A stretch of 64,000 bases of DNA from Blastocystis sp. Blastoise (lineage: Eukaryota > Protista > Bigyra: Opalinata), in assembly GCA_039096225.1 (NCBI GenBank), contig JBBPEB010000013.1:1984001-2048000 (forward strand). The letters run 5' to 3'. The notes beneath the pieces were generated by a model. The model was not told the DNA's origin, did not search any database, and worked only from the letters and a program-made list of their open reading frames with translations. The translations under genes and the position numbers were made by a program. How positions within the stretch are numbered: the first letter of the stretch is position 1; every line of letters starts with the position of its first letter. Positions 15,756 through 32,591 of the stretch are shown piece after piece.

Positions 15756-15901
15756 ATAGAATTTGTTCGGTTAATACATTTTTACATTATTATTCCTATA
15801 TATATAAATCGAATAATATTCAGAATTGTAATGATGATTATTATTATATGTTATGCAGGGGTCTCACGTGCCCGTCACATGACTCCAATAATGTTGAATA
15901 A
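13025..15901 (+). CDS. Histidine acid phosphatase, MINPP1/phytase-like (10 exons)
   Basis: N-terminal hydrophobic anchor; SSKTNY; catalytic FRHGTRH; FSHAETL (HAE-type proton donor as in MINPP1); SSNIQLE..RILINE. GT-AG introns keep the frame open to TAA at 15899. Confidence 0.85.
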
Positions 15902-16698
15902 AATAAATGAATATTCTGTTATCTATCTTTTATTCATAGTATATATATATTATATTCACATAATAGTTCTGTTTTTAATTAATATATTTCATTCTCTTTT
16001 TTAGTTTTTTTTTCTGTTCTGTTCTGCATTTTTTATTTTCATTTATTTTCATTATTTTCAATATTTTTTTTTTCATTTTTTCACTATTCCATTATATTTA
16101 TTTGTCAAATTACATCATAAAAACATCATTTTATTTTTCTTTTTGTTTGCTTGTTTCACTGATTGATATATAACACTTATAATTTTTTTTATGCCTATTT
16201 CATAAAAGCAGAATGTGTTGTGCACTCTCTTATGTATTTACAGATAGAACTTATTTCACAACATAAATTTCTAATTTATATATAATGAATAAAACAATAT
16301 ATAGAAGAAGAGGTTAACAATATTTTTTTATTTTCACATTAACGAGCACAATAAAAAAAATTAATTATATTAAATTAAAATCATACTAAAAACAAAACTA
16401 AAGTTTTTTTAATTTAAAATATTGATCATAATGATAGAAAAAATGAAAAGAATTATTTTTTAATTTTTATATATTAAAAGAAATCTGAATAACAGGATAT
16501 AAAAAAAATAGATGAATAAATAGTATTCTGTATATAAGAAACAGATAAAGAAAGAAGGGAATGAATTAGAATCAATATAATTCAAAAGAAAACAATAAAT
16601 ACAACTATAATGACATAGAATAGATTATATAAATAGATAGACAATATATTTAAAAAACATTGTATTATGAAATGAATTCAATAATATATATTAATTCC

Positions 16699-18146
16699 TT
16701 AAACCTTTTCAACAAGATTTTCTTGTAATGTATTATTCTTGTTAGCATTACGTTTCTTTTCAAGAGCAATAGCTAAGATGTAGAGCTATATAAATTAATA
16801 ATTAATTTACATAGAATTAATAATAAATTATATATTAAATATATATAAAATGAATAATAATAAATTATATATTAAATATATATAAAATGAATAATAATAA
16901 ATTATATATTAAATATATATAAAATGAATAATAATAAATAATATATAAAATATATATAAAATGAATAATAAATAATATAAAATATATACGGCAACATCTA
17001 TACCAGCTATAGCAAGGAATATATAATTAACCCAAATATAGTAATATCCCATATGCCATCTAGTAAGACCCATACAAAGGCTTTGTTCATCAAGAGAAGT
17101 AGAACAACCGTCAGTAATAGCAGAAGCAGCAATATAAGGATCGCTGTAATAACGAAGCTATGCAAATATACATTTATTTATTATTATATAAAAATAATAT
17201 AATTATTGTTATATAAAAAGAATATAATTATATAAAAACATTATTATATAAAAAGAATATAATTATTATTATATAAAAAGAATATAATTCTTTAATCAAC
17301 CTACTTCAATAGTAATATTTTCAGGAGCAGAGGCAACATAATGAGCAGGATACCATTGTTTATCTCCATAACATCCAGCCCATTCATTATCAGCTTCATA
17401 ACCAGGTAATTCAAGAGTAGGAGGAACATCCGTCTTTATTTGACCATCAGTAGCATTCTTAGCAACACGATAACAAATAGAAGCAAGATAACTCTTTATT
17501 TTACAAATACCAGTCTTAGTAGAATAAGTACCATGTTGTTTAATACACTCAAGAGTACATCTAGAACTATATAAAATAAAAAATAAGAAAAATAGAGACA
17601 AGAAATAATTTTTGTTTTCTATAATTAAAGAAAATATATATATCAAAATTAATTAATTATAAATAAATACGGAGAATCACATTCCATAGAAGTATTATAA
17701 ACCATTAAACTAGTATAAAGAGGGAAACTTTCATCAATAAAAGGAACGTTCATTCCTTCAGCTATAGTAACATCAACACTACCAACAGGAGTAGGAACAG
17801 TAGCTTTATAATAAAGGATGGGAGTATCAATACAACCTTCAGAAGGATCTCCTTCAACTTTACAAGAATCACGAGTAGGATAAAATTCCATTTCAGTCTT
17901 ATCAGATGACTCAACAAAACCATACATATTTTCATCAGTAACAGTAAGATTAAAATTATATCCCTTAAATTGTTTATAATCAGTAGCAGTCCATTGTTCA
18001 ACTCTCTTATTATATTTGGCAATACGTTCAACTCTAGAATCACCAATAAAGTAAACAGTTAATAAAGCGATAATAGCAGCAACAGGAATTGCAAGGAATG
18101 TAATAGCACAGCATTTGCATAATTTAGGTCCACAACAGTTTTTCAT
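16699..18146 (-). CDS. Two-TM cysteine-rich membrane protein, paralog B (4 exons)
   Basis: TM1 ITFLAIPVAAIIALLTVYF; FYPTRDSCKVEGDPSEGC; YLASICYR; NITIE|LRYYSDPY..TDGC..CMG; TM2. Cys-rich N-terminus (KNCC..LCKCC). Confidence 0.88.
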
Positions 18147-19429
18147 TTTGATAGAAATAAATCAGAATTCAATAAATAAAAAATAAGTAAAATACCAATT
18201 TTTTTTTGTTGCTTTGAATGAGTGGAATGACATTTATTCCAATAAACACTTCTAGTATTTAACTTCATTTATTGGCTAAGAAAATGAGAGTAGATGGTGT
18301 CAACATCAATAAGGGTGGATCTCTTTGAAAAAACAAAAATTAATACAATGATTGGTTTTAGAATAATTTGAATGAATGGTGATTTGAAGTTGAGTCTTGA
18401 TAAGATTTAGGATACATAAAAAAGTACGACAATTTATGAAAATAACCGTGGATACTATCGTCTCTAGTAGGGATGCATTATTCTTTAAAAAGTCAATACA
18501 ACCTTTCCTTTGTATCCCAACTGAATTTATGATGTAAGCAACCGAGACGAATCAGATCTCTCTTTTCAATACAACCTTTAAAACTTTCGTTAGAAGAATT
18601 ATCTCTGGCATTATTCTATAGAAATCTATGATTCTATTATATATTCTTTATATTTGGTATACAAGATTCGAGAAACTTTATTTTTTCTATTTTAATTATC
18701 ATTTGTTTTGTAGTTAATGCACATTAATCATGTAATAATATAGAATAAAACATGTTTGATTGAATGCTACTCTTGATTCCTTTCAAATTCTTATGTATCT
18801 TTTCTTTTTTTGATTTAAATTGTTAAGATTTATGCCGAAAGTGACACAATTTCAATAAGATATATATTCAAATATTTTTTAAATTCAAAATTTATTCTTT
18901 TCCATATAATCTTTTGGTTTATTGCTAATCATGCTAAATAGATATAGGTGGATATAAATGAATTGCTTATTCATTATTTATTTTTGTTTTCAATTATATA
19001 TTTCTTCATAAAGATATTACTAATTAATATGAAATAGACAGGAGTGGTGATTTAAAATATATTCATATGATTATTTAAATGTTTAATATAACAATGTTAA
19101 AAAAAACAATTCATTTGATTGTGACTGTTCTTTCTTATACACCTGTTCACTGATCATAAATTGTTAGAATATACATAAAAAATGATTTTAATATAATTTT
19201 CAAGTAGAATTCAATATAAAATATAAAAAGTAAAAATTTATTAATCAAGAAAAAAATATATAAATAAATTTAATTTAAAATTTCGCTATTTTACTTGTGT
19301 TTCAAACAAAAAAAACAAGGCTAGAAAACCATGGGAAAATACAATTATTCACAGGGATTTTGAAAAGAGGAAATATGGAAGAAAAAGAATAAGATTTGTT
19401 TTTAAAGTATTGTTTTATTTGTTAAGACT

Positions 19430-20759
19430 ATGCCATCTCCAGCTTTATCTCCTAATTCAAGTAATTCAAAGTCTAGATTGAGTTCGAAATGTTTTTTCTA
19501 CTTTTTAATGTGGATTCCAGTTTTCACATTAGGATTTTCTATTATTTTGAGATTCACAGGTTTGACTAGTTATTATTATATTGATGAGTTTAATAACATA
19601 GCAGATAAATGGAATAATAAGACTCAAGAATATTTTGAAGATCAAGGTTTTAATTTGACCTATTTAGATAATAAATATTCTTTTTCTATTGAACATCCTG
19701 AGTATAGTATTTATTATCCTACTCAAGATAGTTGTACTGCTTCTGGAGTTTGTCAGAGTGTAGAGCCATCTATTTTTGAATATTCTATTTCAAAATCAAA
19801 AGAATTGACGACTCTTTCTTTTGTTGTTGACCAAGAAGAGGAAGAAGTCGTTACTGTTGAAGATATTCCTCTTCAAAATGTTGTTTCATTACATGCAGAA
19901 GATATTGGGTGTGTATTAGTTAATGAATGCTCATCTTTATGTACTTCTAAGAATGGATCTTGGAATTCGACATCTGCATCGTGTATTATTCCTACATATT
20001 TGAATTCATTATGTTATCGTATTCTCTATCGTGATGATCATTGGACACTAGATAACCCTTCTTCTCTTTCTGTTGCAAAGATTCCTATGAATGCTACTGG
20101 ATGTGAATATAATAATCAATGGAAAAGTGAATATTATTCATCTATTTATAAAGAAAATGTTACAGTTCAAGTATATTTAGTTTTCTCATTTTATTTTTGA
20201 TATTTACAGTTTTATTCTTTTTTTTTATTAGTGTTCTTTCAATCATTTTAACTATGATTCTTATATTATTAATATTATATTATTATTCTATATTTGTATT
20301 CATTTAGAATATATTATAATTATATATATATATATAGTTACAATATTATGAAGATCCTTATATATATACATCAGCATTGACACATGGCTGTAATTCTAAA
20401 TATAAATATGATAATAATAAGAATAACTGCTTTGGCCTTGATGCTGTTTATTTTACAATATTATGCTATGTTATAGGTGGTGTCTCTTGTATATTACTTG
20501 TCTTAGAAGCAATAGTAAGCTCATTATATATTTATATAATCTCTATTTTTTTATCTTATTTATATATATAGTGTTATTTATATTGTATTATGTTGTTTAT
20601 ATATATTATCACCTTTTATATATATATTATCACATATATATATATTATCACATATATATATTTATTATCACATTTATATATATTATCACATTTATATATA
20701 TTTATCTATAGATATTACTTTGTATGTTTATAAGATGTAGAAAAAGTAAAATGTCATAA
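19430..20759 (+). CDS. Two-TM cysteine-rich membrane protein, paralog C (3 exons)
   Basis: TM1; YYPTQDSC; CSSLC..NGSWN..C..YLNSLCYR; GCEYNNQW; NVTVQ|LQYYEDPY..THGC..CFG; TM2. Confidence 0.88.
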
Positions 20760-21938
20760 GAAACTCTAGTATTAGAAAATAGCATTAAACTAATTCAATT
20801 TATATATATATGTTCGTATGTTTATCTCTATTTATAATACTTTTTTATCTATAGCAAAACTCTTTTAATTTTCTTATATTTGTTTTCTTTCTTTTCTTTA
20901 TTATTTTTTTATCAACTTCAAAATATAAAGAAAACTATTTTTGTATATATATATGCTTTAATTCAATATATTGTAGTTCATTTTTATGAACTGTAATCTC
21001 CTTGATTCTCGCTTATTTTTTAATTATTATTTATATATCTTTATTTTACATCAAAAATTATAAAAGAATTATTGAATTGAAATACAAATTATTTATTTAA
21101 CATTTACCCTATTATTCATAAAGCAAAATATATCTTTCATATGATCATCGCTTTTATTTTTACATATTCTTCGAATAAGATGACTTTCAATAAGAAGTAA
21201 TTAAAAACTAAAAACAAAATATGAAAAAAAAAATGAAATTCCTATTAATTTTTCATTCATAGAATCATGGTCACTCATTCATATTCATCGTATGATATTT
21301 CAACTTATATACAAAAATATTTTTTCAATGTTCTCAAATTGACTCTGTACTGTATATATCTTATAAGATCAACCTGACCTACCTTTTACATGAATTGTTC
21401 TATAATTCCAGTTTTTCAGTATATCGAATAAATGGAGTTCAGTGATCTGTTTCTGTTTTTTTTTAATAGTAAAACAACTCTTTTTAAAAACAACTCTAAA
21501 AATTACTATCAACGAATGTGTATTATTCTAAACGAGCGATAGTGAAGAATACTAGCAAATTCTATATGAACAAAATAGTGAACAAACGAAATAGAGACGG
21601 TTTTTCAAAAGTTCTAAATCCGAAAAAATAAGAAAATCCTGATTATTCTTGACTCACTAGGGAACATAACTTCTTGGAATTCGAGATTACATTAGTGTTA
21701 CGCAAACTATCCAATTATATTGAAGAGCCTCCATTTCTTATTTGTTATTCATTAATATGAACCAATGAGACCGCAGTATATAAATTCATTCAAAAATTCG
21801 GTTTACCTTATCGAATTTTACCTCAAAAAAGTCACCGAAAACTATAGAGGATGACTTTTTTTAATAAAAGATTTAAAAGTGTCTATAATCACTCAGTTTT
21901 AAAAATTAAGTTATATAACCAAAAACTCTCATAATCAG

Positions 21939-25770
<3,832 letters not shown>

Positions 25771-25823
25771 TGTTCTTAATCACTCTATTTATATATATGA
25801 ATACATTCTTCACTTCTGTTGTT

Positions 25824-25856
<33 letters not shown>

Positions 25857-26548
25857 CATTTAGTTCCTTATTTTGTCTTTATTCGTATCTATATATAAAA
25901 TAATTTTGTGTTCATTTTTCTTTTTGTCATTTCTTATTTTCTTCTTGTGTCCCCAGTTGTTTTTTTTTTTAATTTCTTTTCTTTCTTCTTTAGAACAGTA
26001 TTTTGTCTATATGTTTATTAGTATTCTTTATATATACATATATATGATTTATATATATATTATTATATATTTACTTGTCAATATATATTCTTTTATTGTA
26101 TCTGTAATTCATATATATGTATATATATACTTTTGATTTTTATTTTTTTTTGTTCTTATAATAGTTACTCTTTATTTGTAAAAGGTAATATATATATTTT
26201 TTGTATAATTTTGATTTATATATATATATTTTTCTTATAAATAGCAATTATATATATTTACATTCATTATTGCAATCTACTCTCAAAAAATTCATTTTTC
26301 AGTTTTCCTTTTTCTCAATTACTTTTAATTCTTTTTTATATGAATTTTTCCCTTTATAATCTATTTTATGTTTCTTTTTTTTTCTTCTTTGAAATAGTCA
26401 TTTGTTTAATATAAAAATAATATTAATGATTAGAGTATGGTTTACTGTTTGATATGAGTAAAAAATACAATTTTTGTGTTTTTACAATGAAAAATAAAAA
26501 TAGAAATGTTTTTGCTATTAATAATAAAAAAAATGAAGAGAAAAATCA

Positions 26549-28125
26549 TTAATGTTTATAGATATATTTATCGAAGAAATCTCTCCATTGAGGATGATCT
26601 ATATATGTATTATAATAAATATACATATATAAATATACTTAAATCTTCAAGCATAGTTGATGTAAGTGGAATATTTGATTGGCTGATGATCATGTGAGGA
26701 TCTTCATCTGTATCCTCTTCGACATTCTGATAGAATTCGATAGTGTCTTTAATAGAATTCGATGAATATAATGGTTTTGAGTCTATTTTTGGAGAATAAA
26801 ATAAATCAGAAATCATACTAGAGAGAAGAAGAAAAGTGACATATATATATATATATATATAAAGAATTACTATTCAAGAACTGTTTTCTTTTTCTCTTCT
26901 TCGTAATGCATCTTATAACCTAAATTAAGGTTAATATGGTGTTTATGAATATATATAATAATAATAATATAAAATTAGTATAATAAAATATAAATAATGT
27001 AATAATAACAATATACGATAGTAAAGGAGAAGGGAGACAAGAGAGATGAGAATAAATAGTAAAATAATACTAGGTATCCATATAGAATAAGAAATCGATT
27101 CTTTTGGAATAGGTAATATTGTTGAGGGATGAGATGTATCTAATTATATATAAAGAATAGTATATTAATGATTTTATTATATATAAAGAATAGTATATTA
27201 ATGATTTTATTATATATAAAGAATATATATTAATGATCTAATTATATATAAAGAATATATATTAATGATCTAATTATATATAAAGAATAGTATATTAATG
27301 ATATTTTTTTATATATAAAGAATAGTATATTAATGATTTAATTATATATAAAGAGTAATATATTAATGATATATTTAATTATATTAAAAATGATATATAT
27401 ATACTTTTAATAGAGGAATGAATAATAAATGCTCTTTCTTCCTATATAAATAACAAATAAATAAATATATATATATATATTCTATATACAATGATATTTG
27501 GAAAGGATACAATGTGCCCATCTTCAGGTTGAATTATATATATATATTTTGAATTCTTATTTTCTCGTATATTAAGTGATATATAATATACTATATAAAT
27601 AATATAAAAAAAGGAAATAAGAAATAATAAAATAATAATATTATGTGTAACTCGAATAATTATATATCTATAACTTAAATGAAAATATACAGTTTTCAGA
27701 GTCAAAATTAGAAAGTAAATTATGTCCTATATTCAGTTGTGTAGAAAAATCATTTCTTGCAACCCATTTATCTATAGACATCATTATATATGATATCATA
27801 TACAAAAAACATAAGCATTTTTTTTATAGAATAACAATAAAAAAATAATATTTCTATATATACTATGTTTTTGATCATATGCTTTCACTATGAGAATTAA
27901 TTCATCAGCTTGAATGTGTGTTGAATTTGATATGGAGTCTGCTTCATAAATATTAAGGATTAACATATTCACATCGAATTGAAAAGATTCATAAAAATCA
28001 CTATGTAGATCATAATCTTGTAGTTTATGATCTCGATTTTGTGATAATAGGTTTACATTGCTATAAATGTTTGTATGATTTCCAGTTACCACAGATAATA
28101 ATAGAATCAGATAGAAGTAAAACAT
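26549..28125 (-). CDS. Predicted type-I membrane protein of unknown function (8 exons)
   Basis: Signal peptide MFYFYLILLLSVVTG; TM IWIPSIILLFILISLVSLLLYY followed by a charged cytoplasmic tail. Seven GT-AG introns keep the frame. Confidence 0.75.
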
Positions 28126-28924
28126 TGTATTGCTAAGTTTTTGAAATAGAATTGAATGATTATTAATAAATTATATTGAAAAAGAAAAAATGAAATTAAA
28201 ATAAAAAAGAAAAAGAAAAGAGGGTTTTTTGATTTTTCACTTGTTAAAGAATATACTTCATTTTTAGAAAAACAAAGAATTTGATGAAATAACTATTTAT
28301 AAAGAATATGTATGATGTAGGAAATATATTAAAGAGAAGATAATATAGAATTTACTGTATCTAAATACTCTTTAGTGACACAAAATGGAATTTTACTAGC
28401 TGACTATGTACATATGAATTGTCAACATAATATATAGCTATCTTCATGAAGAATAACTCTAAAAAGAAAATATAGAATTTGAAAAAAAATAAATAAAATG
28501 ATTAAATAAATGATATATAATATGATTTTAAGTTATTCGAACAATGAAATAGATATTATCTTATTACAATCGACATACAACTTATGTTTTGATAACGTAA
28601 ATCAACTAAATAAAGTCAATATATCTATTAGTATTTGAGTGGATATATCTATAGAATATTTGTTCTTAATGAAGATGCTTGATCATTGAATGAACTTGCA
28701 ACGTTCAATGATAATGATATTTAAAACAAAATTGAATAGTTTCTTAACGATGTTCTATTTACAGAGGATTTTGAAAGATAACCCTGGTTAAAAGAAAAAC
28801 AAAATTTCTATGTTTTTAATTTTTGTCTTACAAATTTTTACCTTTTCACTGAGGTTAGGTACTCTTTTCTTTCGGTAGTTCAGTTTATAGTTTATTGTGT
28901 TGTTGTGACTATATCGATAGCAAG

Positions 28925-29248
28925 ATGCCTGGTGATAAAGATAATAATTATATCATGTGTCCTGGTCATATAAGACCGATTGTTGGGTTAGACTTTAGTG
29001 ATGAAACTCCAGATGGAGTTTTTTTATTAAGTGCTTCTCAAGGTAATTATGCATACACTATTGTTATTATTTGAAAGAATGTCATTTGTTTTTGTTTTGA
29101 TTCTATTGTGCGTTCATGATTATTATTTTTTTAAAAAATATAATAGTTATAAAGTTCATTATATGATTATCAATTTTAGATAAGACAGCAATGTTAAGAG
29201 ATGGGGTTACGGGTGACTGGATCGGCTCTTTCTTAGGACACAAAGGAG

Positions 29249-29314
<66 letters not shown>

Positions 29315-30637
29315 AATCTATTTTTATAAAGTTATTAAAAAAGAATTTTTTTTTTAATTTTTTGGGATCTATATGTCTCGTATAATAATACGAATACTAT
29401 TATATAATACTTATATATATCAAAGGAGCTGTGACTTGTTGTCGAATCAATAAGACAGGTACTATTGCAGTAACTGGAAGTAGTGATTATACTTGTAAAG
29501 TATGGGATGCAACGAAAGGCAATTGCTTATATACTTATGAAGATAAACATATTATTCGTTCTGTAGATATTAATAAAGTATATAGATATATATTGATTTA
29601 TATTCATTATTAGGATTGTTGTATAGGAATAGAATTATTATTATTATATATATAAATCATATATTCATATTAATAATAATATTACATATATATAATATAA
29701 TCATATAATAATAATAATAATAATAGTATTATATATATAATACTATAGAGTAATACTCAAATAAGTATTGCAGGTCGTTCGAATAAATTAGATATATATA
29801 ATATATATATTCCTTCTTCTCCTTTATGTTCCTTTCAATTTCCTGAAGATCCCCGCGGGGTTTGTAAGTGTATTTTTAATAAAGTTGATGAAAAATATAT
29901 ATATGCATTACATATGAATGGAATTTTATAGTATATACTTATTATTAAAATAGTTTGTCTATATATATTTATATATATGTTTACTATTATTTATATTGAT
30001 TCTCTTCTAGTTGTATTGATATAACCACTGGAAAATCCTCTCAAAGTGTGAATATTCCTCAATTGTTATATACTCATGAAAATCAAACATTTGATGAAGT
30101 ATTATATATAAAGGAGAAATATGAAATCAAAGATTTTGTTATTTCTCAAGATAATCAACTTTTATTTGTACTTATCAATAAATGTCTATGTATTCTTGAC
30201 AATCAATTAACTATGAAACATATTTATGACCTCAATTTTGTACCTGAATGTATATTTATAGGTTTTTATTATTATATATTTTTTTATTATATATTTTATA
30301 TATTTTATATTATATATTTTATATTATATATCATATATTATATATTTTATATATGATATTTTCTTTATAAACGATTAGTTTATGTTTTCAAATAAATTTA
30401 TTTTTATCTAAAAATTTTTATTTTTTATTATTATATATATCTGTTTCTATATCTCCTGACAATACTAAATTATTATTAACTGCATCTACTTATATATATG
30501 AATATACGTTACAAGATTTCCAAGAAATACATATATATAAAGGTCATTCAGGAATAGTGCGTGTCACTCAATATCATCCTAACGGAAAGATCTTTGCGTC
30601 GGCTTCTGAAGATGGATGTTTACGTCTTTGGAATTAA
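28925..30637 (+). CDS. STRAP: WD40 protein STRAP/UNRIP-like
   Basis: [53 protein letters not shown] is the STRAP signature N-terminus; C-terminal YKGHSGIV..YHPNGKIFASASEDGCLRLW. Two non-canonical introns are required. Confidence 0.9.
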
Positions 30638-31060
30638 ATATAATATCTATTTAATACTCTTTCTTTATATGTATGTATTTACTCTTGTTTGTTACTCTAA
30701 ATATATACTGAATAAAATTATAATATATTATTTTAAAACTATATATCCTAGATAATATTTTTTCAAATATTCTTTCATTATTATTATTTCTTTAAATATA
30801 AAAATTCTTAATATTCCAAGTTATTTTTAAAAGCAATAATTAAAATTTCAACAATTATTTTATAATAAAAGAAAAGAACGATATGGTATAACAGAAAATA
30901 GGAGAGAATAGTTCCATAATAAGCTAAAATAAAATACAACGATACGAATGGAATTGTAGAAATAGATGTCAAAAAGTATAGTATAAATATATAAAAATAG
31001 TATTTAAAAAAAAACAATAAGAACAGATCGACTATCTTCTACATAGAATAACTATCTATT

Positions 31061-31682
31061 TTAAGGTTCTTCAGGAGCAGCAACAGGAGCACTTTGAGCA
31101 GCAGTCTATAGAGACAATTATATATAATAATGATATACATTATATGTGATATATAAATATATATATAATATATATACTTCACCAGTAACATTAAGTTTAT
31201 CACCGATTTCCTTTCCAAATTTATCAATAGAATCCTATATAAATAAAATTTTATAAATATAATAATATTAAATATAATAATATTAAAATAATAAAATAAA
31301 ATAAACATACAGCAGCAACTTTAGCGCCTTCCTTTAATTTATCACCAGCAACTTTAGCACCTTCGGCAACTTTCTTACCAAAATCAGAATCCTTTACTTT
31401 AACACTGGTTTCCTTGATGGTTTGACCAATTTTTACACTACCTTCTTTAATCTTCTCACCAGCTTTCTTAGAATTTTCAGCTACCTTTTGAGCAAATTCA
31501 GTTTGCTTAAATTCTTCAGTCTTTTCATTAACCTTCTTTACAAAATCAGATTCCTTGACTTTATTTAAACCTTCTTTTGTCTTTTGTCCAATTTCAGAAT
31601 CAGCAACTTTTTTACTAATCTTCTTAGATTCTTTCTTTACAGTTTTCCAACCTTTCTTAAACCATCCACCAAGAGTCTTAGG

Positions 31683-31719
<37 letters not shown>

Positions 31720-31811
31720 TCTTTCTTTTCTTCTTCTTCAACAGGCTTTTCTTCAACAGGTTGTTGTTCTTCAACCTTTTCAGTAACTTCAACAGGAGCT
31801 TCAGTAGACAT
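31061..31811 (-). CDS. Glu/Lys-rich hydrophilic protein with amphipathic 11-mer-like repeats (3 exons)
   Basis: Poly-E N-terminus, GGWFKKGW, repeated KVAEGAKVAGDKLKEG-type helices; two GT-AG introns. Confidence 0.8.
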
Positions 31812-32591
31812 TTCTATAACGAATAAAAGTACTTGCTTTATTTAGATAAAGTTTAACCAAATCATCATTTTTCATTACCCTATATCCTATAGATATAGGT
31901 ACATTTAATAACGAAGGTTTCCTAAATAATATAAAATAAAGACCTAATTATGGGGTATTTTGTTATCCGCGACCCTATTTGTCATTCATCTTTCATTAAA
32001 AAATGACCTGTTTTTTTCCTAATTTTTTTAATTTTTTGGATATGGACTGTCTTTATAAAGAAGGGATTTTTTTTTTATTTCAATTCATTATTCTTCTATC
32101 AATGAATCAATTAGTTTTCTATATCCAAAAATGTCTAACTATCATTTATTAAATTAAATTGATGCTTTGAACTTACTTTTTGCTGTGTTTCTCATTTTCT
32201 AACGTGTTATTTTATTCTAGATATGTATTTTCTTAGGTATTACATACATTGAGATTAGATGAAATGCAAAAATTAATTAGTATTTCATTAATCTATACAT
32301 GAATAACACAAAATTAATCAACATTTCGTGTAATTTTTATTTTATTCCAAGATAATTAGACTTTATTTCATTTATATATTATGAAGAAATTCACAAGTAC
32401 ATATTTTCATAATAAATATTATACTTTACACTTTTGATCATAGTCATCGAAGTACTTTTTATCATAAGATAAAATATAAACGATAGTATTATATTCAGAA
32501 CTATTTATTTGAAACAATACAACTTAATTAAATAGCGTATACATTTTTTAAAATGTAAAAAATCCTGTCCATATTTATTTGTTTGTAGAGA

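Noticed and set aside
18196-18355. CCAAT/ATTGG cluster in the divergent promoter of paralogs B and C (also near 181-221 and 21711-21766)
   Set aside because: Plausible NF-Y boxes, but a 5-mer is too common to support without TSS data.
31555-31845. Antisense and alternate-frame ORFs overlapping real genes (also 5959, 17762, 34069, 36482, 57048)
   Set aside because: Shadows of biased codon usage on the true coding frame.
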